A stretch of DNA of 61,490 nt, counting the filler, from Hausera hauseri (Eukaryota), in the NCBI GenBank assembly GCA_046269625.1. It is 12 parts of 12 records of this genome, joined end to end, with 100 filler letters (N's around TTAATTAATTAA, not from the genome) between each part and the next. Parts side by side here need not be neighbours in the genome. Positions count along the whole stretch, not along the records: positions 52,106 to 57,231 come from JBJURY010327272.1; positions 57,332 to 61,490 come from JBJURY010729434.1; 10 more parts are not named here. One strand, written 5' to 3'. Positions 52,006 through 61,490 of this stretch are shown here, in pieces. The stretch's first letter is position 1. Every line of letters begins with the position of its first letter. A program made the position numbers and the translations under genes. A model generated the notes under the pieces. It was not told where the DNA came from and made no database searches. It saw only the letters and a list, made by a program, of their open reading frames with translations.

Positions 52006-53758
52006 NNNNNNNNNNNNNNNNNNNNNNNNNNNNNNNNNNNNNNNNNNNNTTAATTAATTAANNNNNNNNNNNNNNNNNNNNNNNNNNNNNNNNNNNNNNN
52101 NNNNNTGAAATTTAGTTTTGGACAATAGTAAGTCAAATCACTATCACAGTCAGACCCTCCAAAGTAATGATATGCACCCCCAAAATGAATTTCTGTGTAG
52201 ACCACTGGTTATATCTGCTGTAATATCTCTATACAACTTTGAAAAGTGATTGCAAATCACACACATCTTAAATAATGTGGCCCAGACAAAATCCTTACCT
52301 GGCAGCAGTTTCTCATCTTTAGGCATATTCCTGTAATTCAGCATACATTTACTCTTAATTAAGAAAACCATTCAGGATATTGGATAGTCAGCTTCAGTGG
52401 TTCCATCTAAATGAACTGTACCAAAAAAGTACCCTGCATTTATGTTAATTTATATAAAATAACACAAAAGAAACAGAGCACTCATTTGGATGTATCATCA
52501 GATGAATTGTTCTTCAAGAATACCTCTCATTCAGCAAGCGAAATGAAATTTTCACTTAATAGCATAAACACTAGGAGAAAAAGAAAAAAGTCAACTAATG
52601 AAAGTTATTCCATTTATAATATTAATTTAATAAAAAGTGAGTAACTCTTAACTGACAGCTTATGCACGTGTATAATTTCATATTTCGGAAAGCGATAATA
52701 AAAAATGCACATTATTATCAAAATACCCTTCCTACGATGCTTTTTTAATACATATTTTTTACATGAAATTACATGCATTTAAAAAAAGTTGCTTAAATAG
52801 CAAAATTACTTTTAAAAGTAATAACAGGAATATCATGTCAAGTATAAAAGTTAAATGTGCATTAACCTAATGTTTGTTTACACCAAGTAAATGTTTAAGC
52901 CTAGAATTTGTCTGACAAATGCACAAATATTCTATAGTTATCAAATCCAATATTGTGTAATAACATCCACAGTATGAAACTTCTTGGTGATATACATACT
53001 TTATTATAATAATAAAGGTTCTGTAAAACATCTAAATAAAGGTTTTACATAAAATATGAAATAGCAAATCATGAAGTATCTCTTAATCCGCATCCCAATT
53101 TTTTTCTGACAACTATTGTGGATTCTTTTTTATTTCCAATGACTGGTAAACTTGGTTCGGTTGCTATAGTGCAATGTAAACATGTCAGTATTAATCATGT
53201 TTGTCATACAATAAATACTGTATTTAAAGAGTACTGTATTGTAAAAGTTAATATGATTAAAATCAGGTATCAAGCACTTAAGACAGTAATTATTTTAAGC
53301 AGCAGATCTTAGTTTACCCAGCTGCCATGTGCCTAAAAAATTGAAATATGATAAACAAACAAGTATTTCAAGCAGAAAAAAAGATGTAAAAGTTACCAAA
53401 GCTACATCTATTGAACACTAAAAAGGAAAAATATACTATTGAATAATTGATGTAAACACGAAAAAAGCTTACTAATATTTGTTCGGATTTTTTTTTCCTT
53501 TTAAGTTTCTCTGATTTATAAGATGTTCTTATAAAACATTACATACTTATTTTTTCGTAAACTATCTGATTTGGCTTTAATTTAATCTTCATGATATTCT
53601 CTCCAACAATATATTAAAGATCTAATCTCTTCGTCATTAATTCATTTTTTGAAATCATATCAAAACACTATCAAAAATCCCGCGCAATACTCAACATTGA
53701 AAAAACAAGATGTCTGCAGGCTACCAGATGCGAGCTCGACGTCATCACCGAACATCTA

Positions 53759-54000
53759 GGCCGGGATCCAGGTGAACACTTACTAAATTAGTAGCTACGA
53801 GATTTATTGTTCTCCCTGCTAAAAGTTAGTAGCTACTAAATTGTGCGATCCAGATGGCAAGTGAAGGCGGAGCTTTTTTAGTAGGAGGCGGAGCCTATTT
53901 AGCAGAATTACTAAATTTAGTAGCTACTAACTTTTTGGGATCCAGATGCGCCGTTTGAGCAGTCAGAAGTTAGTAACTACTAAATGAATGCTGCTAAAAA
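53759..54000 (+). mobile_element. PIF/Harbinger transposon 5' end with subterminal repeats
   Basis: Begins GGCCGGGATCCAG; repeated TTAGTAGCTACTAA and GATCCAGRTG motifs; lies upstream of the transposase exon. Confidence 0.55.
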
Positions 54001-54045
54001 CTTCCATCACTCGTAAGTCTGCTAAATACATTGAAATCATTAAAG

Positions 54046-54249
54046 ATGGCGGAAGTTTTGGCGATTAGATGCGTTAAACGAAATTTAAGGATGACCTGGA
54101 GATTAAAGGACAGGTCAAATCCATTCGAAATGGATGAATCTCATTTCCAACATCGTTTTCGGCTCTCAAGAGAAGCAATTAAATATTTATGTGAGGAACT
54201 CAGACCAGTAGTGAAAGTCTATCATACTGGATATTCACTAGAAATTCAG
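54046..54249 (+). CDS. Harbinger (HARBI1-like) transposase, first exon
   Basis: DRSNPFEMDESHFQHRFRLSREAIKYLCEEL...SLEIQ followed by a CAG/GTATG splice donor. Confidence 0.75.
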
Positions 54250-54894
54250 GTATGTTGTATACACTGAATTGTTTTTACAAGATTCTTTAACACAAGCTGA
54301 ATATTTTTAAAAATCTATTACACTGTTATATAAATTATTATATATGTAAATATTTATGTTTACTGATAAATTTGAACATTCAATTTTCTGTTCCTTGTTT
54401 TTTTGCTAGAATTTTCCTTTTCATGTTGATTTTGAATTCTTCAGCAAGGCTGAATGAATACTGTTTGGCATTGTGAGTATTTCTGATTCACAATAGTCAA
54501 ACAGTACTTTTCCGGCCATGTATTTAAATTTTGGCATTTTTCTGGCCATCTATTGCTGATCTGGATGCTCCTGAACAACTCTGTACTGTAAGTATGCATC
54601 CAATATATAGTGTCGCATAGATCATTTGGGTGAAATGCATTTTAAGGGACTGCTTGGCGAAAAAAAAATTTCTGTGTGCGATAAAGCGCCAATTCTGGTT
54701 GCCTCTGTATTTACCGTTACGGTACGGCCGGCCTAGCTGTTGACGTTCTAAGTCTCGGAACTCGCGCATGCGTAGTTTATCTTTTTGGAACTTCGCTTTC
54801 GGCGTTGGTTTCGGTTTAATTTTTGAGGTGATAATTGAGAATGCGATGTAACTTTCTTAAAATTCTGTTTGTTATTCAGATTATTTAGAAGTTT

Positions 54895-55320
54895 TTAGCA
54901 GACATTGAGATCACAATTTACATTTTATTTTAAATACTTCGGGGATTTTTAAAACTTTTGAGATGCGTGTTGAGCGTGCGATGTAAAGTTTTTTTTTTTT
55001 TTATTCTGTTTGTTTTTGAGATTATTTTAAAAGTTTGTAGCAAGCATTTAAATCGCAATTTATATTTTATTTTAAATGCTTCGGGGATTTTTAAAATTTT
55101 TGAGCTGTGTGGGAGGAGATTTTTCTTAGCGTTTTGTTTCAGTAATGTAAACATTGTTTTATTCTATTTGTTATTAGGATTATTTTTAAGTTTTTATGCA
55201 AGCATTGAGATCGCAATTTATATTCTATTTTAAATATTTCGTGGATTCTTAAAATTTTCGAGGCGAGTGGGACGGGATTTTTCTCGGCAGTTTGTTTCAG
55301 TAATGTAACATTTTTTTTTT
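54895..55320. repeat. ~150-bp tandem repeat, 3 degenerate units
   Basis: GCATTGAGATCRCAATTTA...TTTTAAATRYTTCGGGGATT recurs near 54900, 55045 and 55200. Confidence 0.75.
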
Positions 55321-55549
55321 CTTAATTTGTTATTTTGATTATTTTAAAATGTTTTCTAAGCATTGAAAGGTAAGTGAAAAAATATTTACCTTTCATTGTG
55401 ACAAAATGTACTGGAAATAATCGCTTTTATAGGAAAAAAAAAATTAATTGATATTTTATTTTAAATGCTTTTTTTTTTTTAATTTGAGCCTGTAGTATAT
55501 ATCTTTTATTGGTTCAAGAGTGATTGTGCATGTATTCTGTGTTTGTTCA

Positions 55550-56215
55550 GAAAAACAACAGGCCAGTGGTGTACAGGTTCCAAGTAGAAGAGAAGATGAG
55601 AGATTTTTTAGTTTTTTTTCGTGGGGGGGGGGGGGAGCATTTTTTTTTCTTCTTTTTTTAGGAAAACAATGGATCAGTGGTACATGTGCACCACAGTTTC
55701 AATGGTCACTGGAACACATATTTTAGACATTCTACAGCCAGTGTGGTGCATGAACTCTGTAAAGCAACGGCCAGCAGTACATATATATTTGTGATTCAAC
55801 AATTAGCGGTGCATGCGTTCTGTGATGTTTTTTTAGGGTAGCAACGACCAGTGGTACATATATTTTTCTGATTCAACAATCAGTTGTGCCTGTGCTCTGT
55901 GATGTTTTTTTAAGAAAGCAACAGCCAGTGGAATATATAGAGATTCTACAGCCAGCAGTGCCTGTGCTCCATGATGTTTTTTTTAGAGTAACAACGGCCA
56001 GCAGTACATAATATTTTTCCAATTCAACAATCAGTGGTGCATGTGCTCTATGGTTTTTTTTTTTTTTTTTTTTTTAAGAAAACAATGGCATGTGGTACAT
56101 ATAATTTTCTGATTCAACAATCAGCGGTGCATACATTGTGATGTTTTTTTTTAAGAAAGCAACAATTAGCAGTACAAGTATTTCAGATTCTACAGCTAGC
56201 AGTGCATGCACTGTC
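55550..56215. repeat. Minisatellite of ~60-80-bp degenerate units
   Basis: CAACRGCCAGYRGTACATA...ATTCAACAATCAGYGGTGCA repeated. Confidence 0.75.
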
Positions 56216-57331
56216 ATTTTTTTTTAGGAAAACTGATCAGCAATGTGTGTGAGAATGGGAGAATATCATTTTCTTCATTAATTTTTTTTTGTTTGGGGGC
56301 GGGGGGGGGCTGATTTAAATACTTAATGTACTGGAAATGAACCCGAGGTGGATGGACGGAGTGGGAGAGTGGTGCAACACTTACGTAACTTTCAACATAA
56401 AGACTAAAATGCACAACATGGAAACGATCTAACAAAAGCAAGCGATGAATAAGAAGAAAGTGAAAATGTCAAAGAAGAAAAGCGAATATGATAATTTCCA
56501 CATCTAATGTATGAACAATCAGAGCGACCAGCGGAAATGTCGCACATATTCTTCACGACAAACCAAATTTGTGTAACATTCCCTACCGAGGCAAGGGTTA
56601 ATATTCCGTTAATATGTTTGTCCGTTTCTGACTTCATTCTGACAGCGGCAAACAGCATGCCCACGATCTGACGCTCAACCATCATCACCGGTCCCCGGCT
56701 TTGGTTTTTTTTTTTTAGCGTGTTGTGCTCGAGTCATGTCCCTGAGGCTGTGGGTTATTTTATCAACCACATGTTGACCTGCCCAGAGCGACCAGCCCGA
56801 TCTGTTCTTGTCTCAGCTTCTTCATTAAGAGAACTAGTGAATGCAAAGTTACGATATTTCTTGACGAGGAAACTGGGCTACAAAATTTTATTATCGCCAA
56901 TATTTGTAAATATACATGCACCCATGCATTAACCCATTAACGCCATAAATAGATATTATGGCAATTTTACTTTTTACCACCCGAAATTGAAGTACGATTC
57001 TATGGGGTTTGTAGCAAATTAAATACAATCGACATTTAAACGGCGTTCTTAATTCATATGAATTTCTTTAAAACAATTATATTTGTTTTGTGTTACAAAT
57101 GCAACCCTACTTAATAAAGTAAGTGAAGATTAAAAATCCATATTTTTATTTCCGGTTGATGTACATTAGCAACATGGCTAATAACTTCTAAAATCACTAA
57201 AAATATTCAATCAAATAACCGAAAAAATACANNNNNNNNNNNNNNNNNNNNNNNNNNNNNNNNNNNNNNNNNNNNTTAATTAATTAANNNNNNNNNNNNN
57301 NNNNNNNNNNNNNNNNNNNNNNNNNNNNNNN

Positions 57332-58985
57332 AAATTAAGAAATGAATTGCTAAAAATCCAGATGCGGCTTGTTCAAAAATTAAAAATCTTTTGTAAATTT
57401 TAAACAAGATATCTGTGCTTACTCCTTGGTAAAGATTAAAGCCAAATACTGATTCCAGTTTCGCCTGGTATGGAATATCTTCTAATATCGTATGCATAGC
57501 CCGGTTTAGTTTATGCGTACGCTGACGTGTAAAAGTAAGAAATTATCTAAATGCTTTAACTTCCTTTGGTCTGGTAATACCTTTGACTGCGATGNNNNNN
57601 NNNNTATCGTCGGTTATTTCTTTTACTAAGTTTGCTCCTGTTAGCTTAATTGGCGGAGTGATTAAATCTCCGTTTGGTAAACTTACCTAATCAGTTTCGT
57701 TACGTCTAAACATTGGTTCTCCTAAACTCGTTTTACAATCCTTCAAAATTGTTGACTAAGTTGAGTTTGTCAGCAAAATTCTAGTAATCGACGTCACTAA
57801 TCTCGGCATATCTTGATACATCTCTTTTCTTAAACATTAATAGGTACCTCGCTTTTTTCGCATTCATAGGTCAGTAAAACTTCTCCAGTCACTCGGACAA
57901 AAACATCTTCCTTCATTGGAATTATCGGTGATGTTAGCTCGGGGTTGGCATATATCAAAACAAACTTAGTTCTCATAATCTTTAAGTCTAATTTACAGTG
58001 GTTCTTTATCATTTTTTGGTATTGTTCAGTTATTCCGGCCTGTCCCTTGAAATATAAATAGCCATCTCTATTTTTCAGATAATCCGCAATTCGTATATAT
58101 TGAGTCTCAAGCTTGAATGTTTTGGCATTTATCTCCGTTTCAGCTACGAAAAATGCTTCTTAGTTAGTAGCATACCTCACCGCATCGCATCCTATGAGTA
58201 CGTCCCTTTTTCACAAATTTTAATCCATGAGTATCGGAAATTAATATAGTAGGTGTGGGTTGTTCAGCTATGTCTTCCGTGTTGTCGAGTTAGAATCTAT
58301 ACTATTCACATATCGTTTTACTGTCGTTTCATTAAAGTTTAGTTCTTTAATTTTGATAAAATTGCAATCTGTCTTGACTGGAGGTTCCAAAATTACTACC
58401 GAACTTCTAAAAGCACAAGTGCCGTCTTGTATATGGCACTTTTGGTTTCAGTTCAAAATTTTTTAACGCTATAAAACATCACTTTTTTGTTCGCATTTCG
58501 GTTTCATAGAAGTCCACAACCAATATGTTTGATTCTGTTCCTTTACCAGTATCATATTCTGCACCGTTACAATGTCCGTTGTGCATATCTAGTTTTCCTG
58601 CTGCCATTTTAAATCCTATGATTATTTTTCCTTCCTGCATTTCAAGTTTCATGCCATCCCATTGTAATCTACCTGTTTCTCTAGCTTGCTTACAATGCTG
58701 GAGTTCCAAGTTCATTGGAACTGGTAGGGTTGTAGGCTTAATTATGTATTAATGTCCGTGTATTAGTCTACAATGGAAAATACTGCGGGACCCTTGCAAA
58801 ATGCATTCTATTCAACCTAATTTTTCTCTTTTGTTTCTAATTTATATGGTCTTGCACCTTTACACATTTCTAGATCCATTAATGAATACTTTCGGCCAAG
58901 TTTAAATTTGTCGCAGTTATATATTGTAACAGCTCCCATTTGCTTTATTAACATCATCACAGTTAGAAGGTTAATTAGCCCATTT
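57332..58985 (-). pseudogene. Chuvirus-like class III fusion glycoprotein (copy C)
   Basis: LINLLTVMMLIKQMGAVTIYNCD, CKQARETG, GHCNGAEY, VRVTGEVLLTYEC, FEQAASGFLAIHFLI. Confidence 0.8.
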
Positions 58986-58989
58986 AAGT

Positions 58990-61481
58990 CGTTTACTAGA
59001 TCATTCCCAATTAAATTTCGTACCATGTCTTCGAAGCTACTATTGCTATTGTTAGAGGATGGCCTATTTTAATGTTCTTCTTTTTTAAATAGCTTGAACC
59101 AATTTACATATCGAGGTAATTTTTTGGCGGCTTTCCGCGCTAGGCTACTGGCTCCGTTAAATTCATTTTCTCGAGTCGGATTTGTTTTAATGGCCAAATA
59201 TAGTAATAATTTTCTTAATTCTTCTATGGTATTTTCTACCATAATTTTCTCGATCACTGTCTGATCAGTTAGAGTGCTTTTTGGTATTTTAAAACGGAAA
59301 TTTCTCATCGTTCTGGCTGCATTATATAGCTTTTTCTTTCTCATCTGGTATATCGCTGTGGAAACTAGAATGATTTAATATGCATATTAAATTTTTCATG
59401 AGTTCATTTAATTCTTCGTTCTCAGCATTGAATGTAGGTATGGATTTCTTCTCGTATTTTACATGGTCAACCGACAGGATGTTTCTGTTTCGTCGTAATT
59501 GATATGGTTTCACTAGGTGGTACTATATTTTTATCATAATGTTTTTTGTCTTCATCTGTTTGCAAGTTTTCGAAGTGTACTGCTGCGTCTCGAACTCCCA
59601 TTATTCGTTCTACACACTGATCAGTTTTAGCTTTTCGCGTGGCTTCTTTTGTTTCCTCAGTTGTCACTATAGCCACTATACGATTTGCTTCATCTGGGAT
59701 AATCCAAACGTCTGTTAAGTGTTACAGTTCATTTAGTATTCTACCTTTAAAGTAGAGTTTATAATTCATTTCGTTTCCGCCACCATTGCTTATTAGCCAC
59801 TGATTCACGTCTCTTACGGAGGAGCGCGTAGTGAACTCGCATTATTTTTCGTCCATCCATTCAGACGATATCCTTATTTTAGTCATCGCTTTCGGCTTAG
59901 TCCTTAAGATTTTAGCATACGCCTTTATTAAAAGTTTCCGCACGGCGCTATAAATTGTATTTTCGTTAGATAATTTAGTCATGATAGGAAGTAACTGTCT
60001 TAACTTAATTTCGGTGATTTTTACATTAATTAATTTAATTAAACCTTTTTCAGTTTGCGCCGAATCCAGAAGCATCTCCACACTGAATCTCCGATCCTGT
60101 GGGCACCTCTCCGTTTCGTAAAATGTACATGAGTTTTCTCATTATGGGCAACAATTGCATCCAAATACTCATCCCATTCTGGATCGTTTTCATTCGCTGG
60201 TAGTCCGTAATAAATTACTGGCACATCTGCTTGTTGGATTGCGTTTGTATTGCGCATCATTTCTCTTCGCGTAATTATTGTTGCATTTTAACCATTTGTG
60301 TCGTTCGGAATCAACATCCGTTTCCGAAAGTTTTATCCAATAATTTTAACAACTAGCAAAATTCGTGGACCTGGATTAATCCTTTTCTTTGTAATTAGTT
60401 AGTTCACAGGCTACGTCTCTTTGCCATCTTTACAAAAATTGTAATTTGTCAGCTATTTCTGTATCCGTAATAGCATATTTATTTCCAAGTCTTGAATTAA
60501 TTCATCTACTACTGCTTTTCTTTGGTCAATGCGAATTTGCATTTTCCGAACTTGGCTTCTTCGGGTCTGTAGCTATCTCATGTTTTCACCACTCTTTTCG
60601 GCCATTTTGACTAACAGTTGGACCAACTGACTTATCTCTTCTAATATTTTATAGTCTAAATCGATTTCTGCAATTGGTTTCTTTACGAAACTTGTTTTTT
60701 CAATTGCAAATAGGCGGTCTTTCATTATTTCCGTTAATCTGGTGTTCCATTTTTGATCCCATCCACGTATCCAATTATCTGGGTTTTGCAAGAACTTTTA
60801 ACACATCTACAATAGAGTTCTCATGATCTAAACAAATCTCTAACGTTTTCCGTTCTTGCGTTGTAATCCTATTAGGCGAAACCTTTAAATGCATGGGTAG
60901 GTTTCGCATGTCAAGTTTCGTTTCAACTTAAAGCCTGTTTCTTCGATAATTTTATATATTTTCTCCAGGGCTGTCATCTCTTCAGTTTCACTCATAATTT
61001 CTAACTGTTTCAATTAAGTGAAATGCATTCGAATATCTACCTTTGCCCTCATAGTGTCTAAATTTCTCGAAGTTTCTCCCAATTGTTGTTTCACTATTGG
61101 TACACTTTCTGGGAACTTTTTTATTCCGTTTCCCGTGAGTAGACTCAGTCTGGATATTAATTCGAACCATTCCTTTAGTTGATTGGCTATTAAAGGTTTC
61201 GCCATTATTGCATTATGTAGCGTTTTGTAAGTGTCTTCCATTTTGTCATTATCGCCTTTAATAAAATCCATTATCTGGTTGGCATACTTGAATTCACCTT
61301 TATACTCATCAAATTCAAGGATATAAGCCTTAATTATACTCAATGTTTCCTCATTATTCATATACATAATTCTGTTCCTTGAGTTGTATATTTTCGATCT
61401 TTTTTCGTTTTCGATCTTAATACGATTTTCTAGATTTGTATATTGTTTTGATGCGGTGGAAGCGATTTTTATCATTTCCAT
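58990..61481 (-). pseudogene. Long N-terminal polyprotein region of copy C, including a ubiquitin-like domain (about 59665-59885)
   Basis: Chain of ORFs over 2.5 kb, helical and charged; 59069-59344 and 58817-59026 share a frame and are separated by one stop. Confidence 0.7.
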
Positions 61482-61490
61482 TAGGGAGGG

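Noticed and set aside
56929-57231. piggyBac-like terminus TTAA-CCC
   Set aside because: Only one end is visible, with no matching TIR or transposase
1-61490. A single giant virus or composite element combining Polinton and retroviral genes
   Set aside because: The modules are on separate contigs and no cross-spacer linkage can be inferred

Overview
The window is not one locus. It is 12 contigs joined by artificial 100-bp spacers (44 N + TTAATTAATTAA + 44 N) at 4136, 8948, 14268, 18470, 22701, 28077, 32451, 39533, 45478, 52006 and 57232, so adjacency across spacers means nothing. The content is AT-rich, apparently animal (invertebrate-like) DNA dominated by decayed endogenous viral and mobile elements. 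Contigs 1-4 (1-18469) are pieces of a Polinton/Maverick (adintovirus-type) element: protein-primed PolB, packaging ATPase, integrase start, penton, hexon, adenain, core proteins and dUTPase. They also carry a TATA-binding-protein homolog absent from the ORF track, two paralogous OB-fold/SSB-like genes and an inverted pair of C2H2 zinc-finger genes. Contigs 5, 6 and 8 hold Ty3/Gypsy fragments; two of them carry unidentified captured coding DNA, and an LTR family encodes its own conserved ORF. Contig 7 has a Penelope-like element and contig 11 a Harbinger 5' end plus minisatellites. The strongest candidate for an undescribed system is in contigs 9, 10 and 12, three diverged copies of one Ty3/Gypsy family. 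Their reconstructed reading frame runs: helical N-terminus, ubiquitin-like domain, internal signal peptide, chuvirus-like class III fusion glycoprotein, TM, PTAP late motif, PR, RT, RNase H, IN, then a second signal peptide and an FN3/mucin type I membrane protein. The fusogen lies upstream of pol and there are two envelope-type proteins. All assignments are by-eye motif recognition; no database search was run, and pseudogene coordinates are approximate.
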